Shown: in pieces, positions 24,611 through 36,200 of the stretch | Layout of the letters: every line of letters begins with the position of its first letter | Position numbering within the stretch: position 1 is the stretch's first letter | Source: Mobula birostris | Taxonomy: Eukaryota | Length of the DNA stretch: 64,000 nucleotides | NCBI RefSeq assembly: GCF_030028105.1 | Contig: NC_092383.1 | Location: forward strand, 96,867,604-96,931,603 | Reading direction: 5' to 3' | Position numbers and translations under genes: made by a program | Notes under the pieces: generated by a model | Seen by the model: the letters and a program-made list of their open reading frames with translations, nothing else | The model's database searches: none | Told to the model about the DNA's origin: nothing

Positions 24611-24969
24611 CATTCTCACTCCACTATGTGGATTGTCTAAATCAGATTTCATACTGGGTTGGGGTCTGAAACCTCCTGTCTGTGCTGCCCTCCAGTGTTC
24701 ACTTGCTGGAAGAACAAGCTGGACCAGGACAACTCAAAGTCTTCGGCTATGTATTTTTTTCTCTTTGTGACTGTGTTTTTCTGAACTGATGAATAAACAA
24801 ATGTGTGATTTAAGCAATGCGCTATGCTGTTGGTATGTGTTTTGCACCTTGTCGTGTGGCTCTATCCATGTATATTTGAATGATAATTAAAGTTGAAACT
24901 TGGGCTTGAATTTAAAACTTGTATTTCATTTGGTTCAGCTTGGAGAACAAATATTAGAATCAAATAAAC

Positions 24970-25260
24970 TTCAAAGCGATCAAAGTAAACTTTATTAATA
25001 AAGTACATATATATCACCATACACAGCCCTGAGATTTATTTTCCTTTGGGCATACACAACAAATCTACAGAATAGTAACTAAAACAGAATCAATGAAAGA
25101 TCCACCAGAGTAAAGACAAAAAAAACTGTGCAAATGCAAATATAAATAAATAGCAATGAATGTTGGGAACATGAGATAATGAGATTATGAATCTTTAAAG
25201 TGAGATCTTTGGTGGAAGAACATTTAATGATGGGACAATGAGGGTAGTTATCCACTTTTA
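24970..25260 (-). mobile_element. Rex/L2-family 3' UTR fragment
   Basis: Reverse complement of the tail family seen at 16220-16310. Confidence 0.55.
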
Positions 25261-25419
25261 TACAAGAGCTTGCTGGTCGAGGGGTAGTAACTAAAGGCAT
25301 GGAAACTGGCTCTGTCACACCTATCCAATACAGTGTGATGGGGAGCTGGCAATACTACTCCAAACAAGCAAAGCGCACAAGCAGTAAACTCAAACACATC
25401 CCATTAACTCTCTCCACAT

Positions 25420-25915
25420 CTTGCAAAGATGTGCAGAGCCTTGCAGAGGGTGGTTAGGGGAGCAGAGAAGGTTATTGGGGTCTCCCTACCTTCTGTCCAA
25501 GACCTCTTTCAGAGTCGATGCCTCCAGAAGACATGGTACATCATTAAAGACCCCTCACACCCTCTCCATGAACTGTTTGTTCTTCTGCCATCAGGCAAAC
25601 GTTACAGGAGCATCAAAACTAAAACCACAAGGCTACTAAACAGCTTCCTCCCACAGGCAGTCAGACTGCTAAATAGCTGCTCCACCTAACTCTGCTTTGG
25701 ACACTTTTAACTTGCACTGGATAATTATAAATTGATTTTAACGGACATGTGGCTGTTGTGTTTTACTATTTATTGTTATGTTTATTATTTAGTGTTGCGT
25801 TTGTTATGTTATGATTGCACTACTCCTGGGAAACGCTGTCTCATTCTGCCCTGCAGAGCTGATGTGCAGTTACAATGACAATAAAGTTTTTTGAATTTTT
25901 GAATCTTTGAATCTC
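25420..25915 (+). mobile_element. Rex1/L2-type LINE 3' end
   Basis: LQRVVRGAEKVIGVSLPSVQDLFQSRC...IIKDPSHPLHELFVLLPSGKRYR, AATAAA and a (tttgaa) tail. Confidence 0.8.
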
Positions 25916-26167
25916 CAACCACAGTCTCTGTCCATCTCTTGCTCTCTCCCTCTCTCAGACTCCATACCTTTACCCACAACCTCTCTGTCTATCTCTCTTG
26001 TCCATTGATTCTCCCTCTTTCTCATAGTCTCTGACCACACATCTCTTTCAATGTACCTTTAATTTCTCTTCAGAAGTCTTTGTGTCCACGTTCCTCTCTC
26101 GGTTTCTTAGTCTGTGTCTCTCCCTCTCTGTCTGCATTTTTCCTCAGTTCTCAAGATCTCTCGACTC

Positions 26168-26216
<49 letters not shown>

Positions 26217-26224
26217 CACTGAGA

Positions 26225-26855
26225 AAGCAGGATCTCCCAGTGGCCACACATTTTAATTCCACATCCCATTCCCATTCTGACATGTCTATCCATGGCCTCC
26301 TCTACTGTAAAGATGAAGCCACACTCAGGCTGGAGGAACAACACCTTATATTCCGTCTGGGTAGCCTCCAACCTGATGGCATGAACATTGACTTCCCTAA
26401 CTTCCGTTAATGCCCCACCTCCCCTTCGTACCGCATCTGTTATTTATTTATTTATTAATTATTATTATTAATTTTTTTCTCTCTCTCCTTTTTCTCCCTC
26501 TGTCCCTCTCACTGTAACTCCTTGTCCATCCTCTGGGTTCCCCCCCTCCCCCTTTTCTTTCTCCCTAGGCCTCCTGTCCCATGATCCTCTCATATCCCTT
26601 TTGCCAATCACCTGCCCAGCTCTTGGCTCCATCCCTCCCCCTCCTGTCTTCTCCTATCATTTTGGATCTCCCCCTCCCCCTCCCACTTTCAAATCTATTA
26701 CTAACTCTTCCTTCAGTTAGTCCTGACGAAGGGTCTCAGCCCAAAATGTCAACTGTACCTCTTCCTAGAGATGCTGCCTGGCCTGCTGCGTTCACCAGCA
26801 ACTTTGATGTGTGTTGCTTGAAATTCCAGCATCTGCAGAATTCCTCGTGTTTCTG
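26225..26855 (+). mobile_element. Penelope-like element 3' fragment with decayed hammerhead
   Basis: GIY-YIG C-terminus with stop at 26408-26410, a pyrimidine-rich tail and a hammerhead core at 26719-26755. Confidence 0.82.
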
Positions 26856-27030
26856 TCCATGAAAGGGAGGTTGCTTTGTGTGACAGACTGGGCTGCACTC
26901 ACAGCTCTCTGCCATTTCATATTCAGAGCAGTGGCCGTACAAAGCTGTGATGCATCCAGACAGGATGCTTGCTACGGTGCATCTATAAAAAGTGGTGAGT
27001 CTCACTCGGGTTGTGCCAAGTTTCCACACC
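26856..27030 (-). mobile_element. Rex1/Babar-type LINE fragment
   Basis: FYRCTVASILSGCITALYG motif. Confidence 0.7.
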
Positions 27031-27374
27031 CCATGGAGCCCATTTTAATTGTAGCCACCTGTCTCCCTGGGTGCCAGGGGGCGGGGGGGGGGGGGAGCTC
27101 AACATGAATCATTCCATTTTAATTTCCAGTGGGAGTGCCTCCTTGTTGAAATTCAAATCTACCCCTCAGAGGGGGTGTTGCTCCAGTCCCAGTGTGATCA
27201 AGCATTGGTGTAACAGTTGAAGGGGGCTGAAGGAGGAGACCATCTATAATTTGAGCAGCAAACATCTCTGATATCCACAACAAGGTGAGTATCATACTCA
27301 ATCTATCACTTGGTGTGGGCAGAGTTCATCCTGCCGTGCACACAAGTGGGGTCCACGTAAGCACTTTGACAACT

Positions 27375-28604
27375 TGTCATGGTCCGGTCTGTGAAGTCCG
27401 CATTCCAGTTCACAGTCCGGTCCGTGGACTAAGGACTCCGGATCTTCCAGCTGTCCCTTGTTTGAGTTAATCATAGGCACCTGATTCCCATCTTGCAGCT
27501 TGGAATATAAGTAGCCTTGGGGTTGAGTGTGAGTAGCTGGTTTGTCTTGTCAGTTCCCCTGGGAGCATGCTGCTGGTGGAGGGCTGGAGTGGCCACTTAC
27601 CATCTTTAGGCTGTGTTGGAGAATGATTGCTTCATGAAGCCTTGCTGTTGGTAGTTGGAGCTGTCTTTGTGGTATGGATTTGGCTGTTTCCTGGGCCAGC
27701 TGAGTAGCTGCCAGCCACTCTGAGCTAGGTAGGGATCCAGCTGTTTCTGTAGCCAGCTGAGGTTGCTGGCTGAACTGAAACTTGGAGCTTCCCTGCAGCA
27801 GAGATGGAATTGTCTGTTGTTCTTTGGTTTTTGTCTCTTGTCCTTGCCTCTGTGGGGTAAGCCAGGCCATTTTGCTGTTGCCCTGTGGGGGGATCTGTCT
27901 TGTCTTGTCCTTGCCTCTGTGGGGTAAGTCCAACTGTTCTGCTGTTGCCCTGTGGGGGGTCCTGTCTGATCTTGTCTTGTCCTCGCCTCTGTTGGGTAAG
28001 TCTGGCTGTTCTGCTGTTAGCTGATGGAGGGACCTGTCCCACCTTGGTGTGGAGATGAAGTTCAGTCCTGGCTTGTCTAAGTATAAGTCCTGGCACTATG
28101 TCTATGTACTGTCCTGTCTCATGTTGGTGTCATGTTAAAGATGAGTCCTGGCTCTATGTTGATGTTCAGTTCCCAGTCTCTCTCAGCTCCAGTCTCCAAG
28201 TTATCAGCCTACATATTTCAAGATGAGGATGCCGCGGCCGAGCTCCAAGAGCCCTAGCCTCGAGGATGCCGCGGCCGAGCTCCAAGAGCCCTAGCCTGAC
28301 GTCCCCAGCCTCCAGCCTCTAGACCCCAGCCACATCCTGTCCTGAAGCTATGTCATGTCCTTGCCTGGTTCTGGGGTCCGAGCCCGAGGCAATACCCAGG
28401 TTCTGGGTCCTTGTCCAGTCTCAGACTCTGAGTTGAAGCCTTGTCTCCTAGTCCATGGTTTCTAGTCCTGGCCCTCTTTCCCTAGCCCAAGTCTGCGCTC
28501 TTGTCCCTGCTCCTGGTCTGAATCCTGTCACATCAAGTCCTGTTCCTTGTACTTCAGTGTCTGCGTCTCGCATTTTGGTCTGTTCCTAGCACCCCATTGT
28601 GACA
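27375..28604. mobile_element. Solo LTR with 5-bp TSD CAACT
   Basis: TGTCA...TGACA termini; CAACT at 27370-27374 and 28605-28609; internal tandem duplications. Confidence 0.8.
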
Positions 28605-29615
28605 CAACTGGCTGCTGGAAGGTGGCCAACTCCAGGATTCATTCCAAAGTTTCTGGACCTTCCCTTTTTGAAGTCTAGGTGGGATGTGGGCAAGACTCAT
28701 GACCTTCACTTCTATTAAGTGTACAAGAAGAGCACGACAAAGAGACAGAAGTCTGAGATGAACCATTTCAAAAAAAAAAATCTGCTGAGCCTAGAGTTAT
28801 ACCTGGACCTAGGTGATGATTACCTCCATTGTAGCAGACAGTGTCACAGTGTGTGTCACAGTGTGTGCTGGGAGACAAATGAGCCCAGGTGCAGAGGAGC
28901 AACAGACTCCCATGTGGAGATAGAAGATGAGTTCATGCATTGGAATCCCAACAGAACATCGGTGGCATGTGCGAGCGACTCTGTGAAACGAATCATTGTC
29001 GAAACACAAGGACCCACGATTGGGTGTTAATTGGGACTCCATTTTAAATAATCACAGTGCATAGAAAACCTGTGTCAGTCAGAATAGGCTTGACAAGATT
29101 AAACAGAATGTACAAGGCTTTAACAATTCTAGGTTGGACAACAATTAAGAGACCCACGGTCCTCATGAAAGACAGAAGTACATACTGAGGGATCATCCCC
29201 TCTGGGGATCACTCAGAATAGTCTTTCAATTGAGGCAACAGTCCACATTGTGCACTGCTACTCAACTGAAAAATGGCAGGACACTGCAAACTGCTAACTG
29301 AATCTGGCTCCAGTGCAGCAGATCTGCTGAGAATCAGTAACTCGGCTCAATCCTTAGGGATTTTGGAAAGAGTACGTATTGTTCACTGGCACCTTGGATG
29401 CGTTCAGGTGGCAGTGGGCATTACAAGGGCTGGGTTGCATCCTGGAGAAGGATAATCATGATTTAACATGATGTTTCAATTGTATAAATATTTGTAGAGA
29501 GTGAAAAGAGAAGTGTAATTATTGTAAATAAACCACTCTTTGCAAAATAAGTGTGCATGTTTGACATAAAGTGAAGCTCCATCTACACTGTCCCATCACA
29601 CTGCCCATGTACGGG

Positions 29616-29872
29616 TTAAGCTGTGTGATGAACCTCCACCATTTCTTCATGATTCCAGAGGTGATGTATGCTGGTGTCTCTCACATCTTCTCCTCCCTTC
29701 ACCACTTGAAGCTGATGGGGCGCTGAAGGTCATGGAACAGGTTCAGGAGAGGTCAAAGGTCCCAGTAATGTTCAGAACCACAAGCAAGCACACAAAATGT
29801 TGTAGGATCTCAATGGGTCAGGCAGCATCTATGAAAATGAATAAACCATAATGTATGTTCCTGACACAGAGT
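29616..29872 (-). pseudogene. Decayed IgC2 exon of a third SLAM-like paralog
   Basis: Acceptor cctcag, then fragments VVLNITGTFDLS*TCSMT, PISFKW*, HHLWNHEEMVEVHHTA* that align to the C2 exons. It has stops, frameshifts and a ~65-nt Penelope-like insert. Flanking intron 29875-30140 matches 8971-9200 and 52262-52520. Confidence 0.7.
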
Positions 29873-30171
29873 CTGAGGTTGAGCAGGAACAATGAAAGAT
29901 GAGTTAAGGAGATCCTCATGGACACCTTGATCCCCGATTCTTGCATTCTGTCCCCGACAGTCCCAAGTGAACTTTAAGCCAGTCCCAGTTCATTCCAACT
30001 AACACTTTAGCCCTTCCGTCAACCTTCATTTCAGCAGTTGTTGCTGGAGTAAGTTCCCACTTCCTCAACCACTGCCCACAACCATCCATAAAAAATCCAC
30101 AGTGCCCTGTTTATAGCTTTGATTCCCAGCGAGCCTCTCCGGCCCACATCTGTTGTCACTATTGTAAGTGC

Positions 30172-31200
30172 AACCTCCAGGTTGAGTCAGTTGTGAAGAA
30201 GGTGAATGCAATGTTGGCATTCATTTCTACAGGTATAGAATATATAAGCAGGGATGTGATGCTGAGGCTCTATAAGGCACTCATGAGACCACACTTGGAG
30301 TATTGGGTGCAGCTGTGGACTTCTTCTTTTAGAAAGAATATACTGACATTGGAGAGGGTTCAGAGAAGATTCACAAGAATGATTCCAGGAATGAAAGGGT
30401 TATTGTATGAGGAATGTTTGGCAGCTCTTGGGCTGTATTCCCTGGAGTTCAGGAGAATGAGGGGGGATCTCATAGAAACATTCCAAATGTTAAAAGGCCT
30501 GACCAGATTAGATATGGCAAAGTTATTTCCCATGGTAGGGGAGTCTAGGACAAGAGGGCACGATTTTAGGATTGAAAGACTTTCATTTAGAACTGAGATG
30601 CGGAGAAATTAATTTAATCAGAGGGTGATAAATCTGTGGAATTTGTTGCCACGAGTGGCTGTGGTTGCCAAGTCATTGGGTGTATTTAGATTAGGTTAGA
30701 TTAGATTCTACTTTATTGTCATTGTGCCGGGTACAGATACAAAGCCAATGAAATGCATTTAGCATCTGACCAGAAATGCAAAGAATAATGTTATTTACAA
30801 AATAACTGCGAATAAAAAAAGTGCTACAGCACACAAATATACAAGTACTGAGACAGTACAATACGGGTGCAATACTGCTTAGTGCTGTGATGAGAGGTTC
30901 AGCAGTGTCACAGCCTCAGGGAAGAAGCTCTTCCTGCGCCTGCTGGTGCGGGAGCAGAGGGTCCTGTAGCGCCTACCAGAAGGGAGGAGAGTAAAAAGTC
31001 CATGGTTAGGGTGAGATGCGTCACTGGTAATGCATTTCGCCCTGCCCAGGCAGCGTTTCCTGATTAGCCAGGGCATCAAAGGGTATGGGGTGAAGGCAGG
31101 GGAGTAGGGATGAATAGAAGAATTGGATCAGTTCATGACTGAATGCCAGAGCAGACTCTATGGGCCAAATGGCCTACTTCTGTTCCTATATCTTATTGTC
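30172..31200 (+). mobile_element. CR1 3' fragment split by a Rex/L2 3' fragment (30689-31059, minus strand)
   Basis: CR1 motifs LERVQRRFTRMIPG and RGDLIETF; the CR1 UTR resumes at ~31060; the insert carries the SHPNHGLFTLLPSGRRYR motif. Confidence 0.85.
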
Positions 31201-31716
31201 TTCTTGTCCCAGTTTCCCTTCTACACCCAGGTGTGACCCAGCCCAGACCGTGTCTGAATCTGGTCCAAGAGCAGCAAACCTGGGACTTTGATCGGCACAG
31301 ATCATGGCTGGAACTGTGTGCGGTGTTTCAGTGGATGATTTAAACGCTGAGCCAGATGGATTGAAAAGGCCGTGCGTTGGGTCTGGAGGTGAGTGTCACA
31401 TGTTTTGTTGCATATTGAGACTGAGGCTTGGGTCTGCTCCGAGTGGTCCAGGGTTCATGTATGCCAACTCCGTGACGTTTTGCCCTGCTGTGTGATGAAC
31501 TGAGGCTGAGGGTGTGGCCTGCTCCGGATGCTCTCTGGGCTCACTTTCATTCTGAATGCTTTGGCTGCCTTTTATTGTTTGCACAATTGGTGTGTTGTTT
31601 CTCTATCTCTCTCTGCACATTGGGTGTTTGTTGTCGTTCTGTTTCATGGGTTCTTTTAAGATTCTTGTTTTGTGACTGTCCATAAGGAGATGAATCTCAA
31701 GCTTGTATAATATATG

Positions 31717-32135
31717 TGTTACACTCGCTTCGCCTAGTGGCTTAATATAGGGGGCGATAACCCCCTGCCCTGCCAAACTTAAGAAATCTCATTTGGGTGG
31801 ATGCTGCGCGATACGTCCCCTGTTACAAATCAGTACCCCGAAATAACAAAGAGTACACAATATGTGACTAAACAATTAAGCTTTATGACTCTTACTTTGA
31901 CTATATGGTTAGTAGAGAAACAAAATATAGAAGAAAAAGGGCCCAAATCTTATTAACCTTTCTGTGCACAAAGTTAGAGCTCACGGTTTCCCCTTCACTG
32001 ATCCTCCTTCGATCGTCCCTGCCCTTCGGTCCCTCGCTCCGAGTCCACCCCATCCGGCAGACTACCAAATCACTCCATTCGTGTCTTCTCTCTTCATCTC
32101 TCCCTCTCCCTCTAGCAAAAGCCAGTGAAAACAGC
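31717..32135 (-). mobile_element. LTR 3' portion (same family as 33162-33245 and 41362-42130)
   Basis: Ends in ...TGTAACA on the minus strand; shares atccacccaaatgagatttcttaagtttggc with 33162. Confidence 0.55.
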
Positions 32136-32372
32136 TGCTTCCAGAATCACCAGACACAGCCACAAAGCTCGTATGTATATAGATGCACCATGGAGAGCAT
32201 TCTGACAGGCTCCATCACTGTCTAGTATGGAGGGGGTGGGGTGCTGTACAGCACCAAAAGAAGATACAGAGAGTTGTAAAATTAGTCAGCTCCATCTTGC
32301 TTACTAGCCTCTGTACTACCCAAGCCATCCTGAAAGGTGACATCCATCGTGAAGGACCACTATCAGCTAGTA

Positions 32373-32714
32373 CCAGGGGTGATTGGTAAGTTCGTGGCCA
32401 AGGGCAGAAGGAGTCAATTTTAGAAAACCTAATACATTTATTTTTCAACAGCGTCCCCTCCTACATTTACACACTTAGTCCAGCGGTAGTGGAGCACACA
32501 GGTCCCTCCTTCGTAGAAATCGGTGTCTTGGACCTCCAGAAGTGGTCGACCGCAGGGGTGATTGATAAGTTCGTGGCCTAGGGTAGAGGGGATAAGTTGT
32601 ACAGCTCTCGTTAAATGCTTGTGCAGTTCAACTCTTTGAGTGATTATGCAGAAAGTTTGAAGTTAATAACTCATCTCCTTCTACCTTAGGCCACGAACTT
32701 ACCAATCACCCCTG
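32373..32714 (-). mobile_element. Mariner-derived MITE with three TIR copies and a transposase C-terminal relic
   Basis: caggggtgattg(g/a)taagttcgtggcc at 32374 and 32553, inverted copy ending at 32714; TA at the left end; minus-strand QDTDFYEGGTCVLHYRWTKCVNVGGDAVEK* matches the mariner C-terminus. Confidence 0.85.
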
Positions 32715-32799
32715 ATGAGATAGCAGCCCTCGCCTGGGTTGATAATTCCACCACAGAAGAACAGTCCCCTTTGTTGTGGTCATGGTTGGTGACTTCTAA

Positions 32800-33245
32800 A
32801 GGATTTTGGAGGGCAACGGGAAGATCGACGGCGTCAGCTCACCTGATGACTCAAATCTCTCTCTCTCTCTCTCCATCAATACTCAACTCAACACCACGAA
32901 CTGAACTGAACTTTACTCGTCACTGTAAGACTGTATCCATTTACCCCTAGACTTGAAGAAGCTTGGTTTTCATATATTTCCACACTTACATTTTTATATA
33001 TATATATATATATATAATCATTGCTAACCTGTTTGATTTATCTGCATTTACATTACTGTATTGCATAGTTACTAATAAATACCATTAGTTAATAGCAATA
33101 CTGGACTCCAAAGTGTTTTGCATTTCTGCTGGTTCTTTAACTCGTCACGGGGTATGTGACAATCCACCCAAATGAGATTTCTTAAGTTTGGCCGGGCAGG
33201 GTGTCGACCCCCGAGATCAAGTCGCTGGGCAAAGCGAGTATTACA
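32800..33245 (+). mobile_element. LTR 3' half (family of 55422) abutting the 3' end of a second LTR family
   Basis: Matches the reverse complement of 55422-55800 and ends gtgaca at 33161; followed by 33162-33245 ending in ttaca. Confidence 0.6.
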
Positions 33246-34099
33246 TATTTACAAATAGATTGGGGGTCATGAAATCCTGAACTTAGAAATTCATTCGAGT
33301 ACTGTGTTATTAATAATGGATTGATAAGTTCTAAAGGTTTACAAGCTGATGAGGACATGACTACCTTGGGTGGGGTGGAGGTGGAGAATGTAATGCCCAG
33401 GTTAAGGGCATGTTTTATTGTACTTGTACTGCTATCTTGTGAGGTAATTTCATTTTCGCAGTTTTTCTGCAAACGCAATGCTTTCTGTTAGTTAAGCTTC
33501 ATTCCCTGGTGTTTAGGTTTCGGCTGAGATAAGGACTGTTTGCTCAGCCTGGGAATATTCTGTCAGCCAGTCTGGGGTGGGCTGGGGTTTTGAAGCAACA
33601 GACTACTCCAGAAATGAGCTCCAACATGAATGTGCACATTTCGACTGGTTTAACTGTGCTGGGCTCTTTTCCTTTGTTAACCAATTAGCTGTTTGCTAAA
33701 GTTGAAATATCTGTAAATATACTTCCACAGTAACTTTACGCTGGTGTAAGGCTTTTCATTTACAGGTGAATGATAACGAGCATTTATACAGCATTCACCA
33801 CAATTTTTATTCTCTCATTGCAATATTCCAACTTTCCAGTTTAGTTGAACTGGAATCATACCAACCCTGGACGTGTATTGCTTATTGAAGGTGGCTTTCT
33901 CACTGTTGCCATGTGGTGCTGAGTCATGAGACTGTTAGTCAGAGTTAGCTAACCGGCCGAGTTTGTTCCGAGCCTCGGTGTGAGGATCACACCTACAACT
34001 GGTCTGACGTTTTATATTGCTCGGTAACTTATCCAGACTCTTCTCCAATGTTGTGAGAGACTCTACCTCCTCCACCCCCCCCCAGGCAGATTCGGACCA

Positions 34100-36195
34100 C
34101 CTCCTGAGCGAAAACATTCTTCTTCAATCTTCCCCTAAAATTGTATTCCCGACCTTAAAATCATGTCTGGTCTTAAACTCCTCGGCGTGAGGAAAAATTT
34201 ACAAACTCCACATCTGTGCCACTCATAACATTGTAGATATCCATCAGGTTGTTCTGATCTCTCCTACATCCATATCGAAAATCATTAACATATGTTCAAA
34301 ATTCAAAGTAAAAATTATTAAAAATATGTATGTCACCATATAAAAACATGAGATTCAAAAATAGGTATACTGTATTTTGAAAAATATATATCAAAATCTA
34401 GGTAAAATCATCATTTTCACTGCATGAATATGACCTATTAAAGAAAGTGTAAGAGGATTCCATCTAGAAAAAATTGTTTCATAGAGTCCAATAAAGGAAC
34501 TACATTAGCTTTATAAAGATTTTTTTTGTAATAATAATACCCTAATATTTAAAAGAATTCACAAGTCTAAATGGAATATCATTATATGTAAAAACAGGAA
34601 CACTTAAAGGGAACAATTCACTTTTATTTAAGTTAAGTTTATATCCTGAGAATTTTCCAAAATCATTTAATAATTACAAAAGATTGGGAATAGATTCTTC
34701 AGGATTTGAAATATAAACCAAAAGATCATCTGCATAAATAGAGATCTTATGTATCTTATATATTTTTGATCAAATTGATTCTACTATTTCGTCCTTTATC
34801 TGGAATAGTAAAAAACCAGGAGTTAATAAGTTTCATTTGCAAAAATCCAAAACAATGGTAGACTTACGCTTCCTAATTTAAGATTGCATTATTGGGCTGT
34901 TAATATTCGACAACTATGCTTCTGGTTATATTGGCTCGATCAGAGCCAAAAACCAGCTTGGATTGATTTGGAATTAAAAGCTATTAAACAATTTCATTTA
35001 ACTTCATTATTAGGAGTTCCATTACCTTTACAACTTGCTTAAATTCCTAATTTAAATCTCAACCCTGTTATTAAACAGTCCTTACGGATTTGGTTTCAGT
35101 TTCACAACTCTTTTAATTTTAAACAATTTAAATTGCCTAGCCCTGTATTTCGAAATTTGCTATTTACAATTACTGATCCCATTTTTCTTTTATGGAGAAA
35201 TAAGGGGTTCTGCTCCTTTGCAGATTTATTTAGTGATGGTCGATTGATGACATTTGAAGAGTTAATTAGCAAATATTCTCTCTCTCATACACAATTCTTG
35301 CAATATTTTCAGGTTAGACATTTCTTACAAAAATATGTTTCTACATTTCCATATATGCAAGAATCTGATTTGTTGGATACTATTTTGAATATGAATCCTT
35401 TAGTGAGAGGTTCCATTTGTAGAATTTATAATTTATTTTTACTACAAAAAGATAAACTCTCACTAAAGATTAAACAAGATTGGGAGAGAGAACTTAATAT
35501 GACTTTTGTTAATGAAGATTGGTTCTGAGTTCTGAAAATGGTTAATTCTTCTTCGATATGTGCCAATCATTGTTTAATTCAATTTAACATTGCTCACCGT
35601 TATTACTTAACAAAGGAGAGGCTATCCAAAATATTTCCTAATATAGACAATTATTGTGATAGGTGTAAAAATGAAGTAGCTACTTTGTCACATATGTTCT
35701 GGTCATGTTCCTCATTGAAATCTTTTTGGAAATATTTATTTTCTACAATTTCTAAAGCTTTGATAATTAATTTACAACCTAATACATTGACTGTTCGATT
35801 TGGAATAGTTCTGCATCATATTCAGGGTATTTCATTTTCAAACCAACATGTAATTGCATTCATTACATTGTTGGCAAGGAGAGTTATTTTATTGAAGTTG
35901 AAAGATACCTCTGCTCCTACACTAATTCAATGGTTTTTCCAAGTAATGTTATGTTTTAGTTTGGAAAAAATTAGAAGTAGACCTTTTGATTCCTGATTCA
36001 ATTTTGAGAGAAGGTGGGGCTCTTTTGTCAAATATTATCATTTAATTTGAATTAATTTATATGGTTTCCTTCCAATTTTATGTTATATAAATGTGATTTG
36101 GCGGTTATTGTTTTTCCTTCTTTTTTATATATATATATATATATATAGATGATTGTAAGACGTATTGCTCCGGGAGTTGGTTCCTAACGGTTTTA
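34100..36195 (+). mobile_element. Fragmented L1/Tx1-type LINE; its A-rich tail resumes at 39981-40020
   Basis: CDRCKNEVATLSHMFWSC zinc motif, WERELN motif and AT-rich ORF2 fragments. Confidence 0.8.
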
Positions 36196-36200
36196 TTTTT

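Noticed and set aside
27190-27290. Plus-strand AG...AAG|GTGAGT exon-like segment
   Set aside because: Stop codons in all three frames; no partner exons.
26990-29500. Possible retroviral integrase-like remnant on the minus strand around the solo LTR
   Set aside because: Only vague motif resemblance with stops in all frames; needs tblastn or an HMM search.
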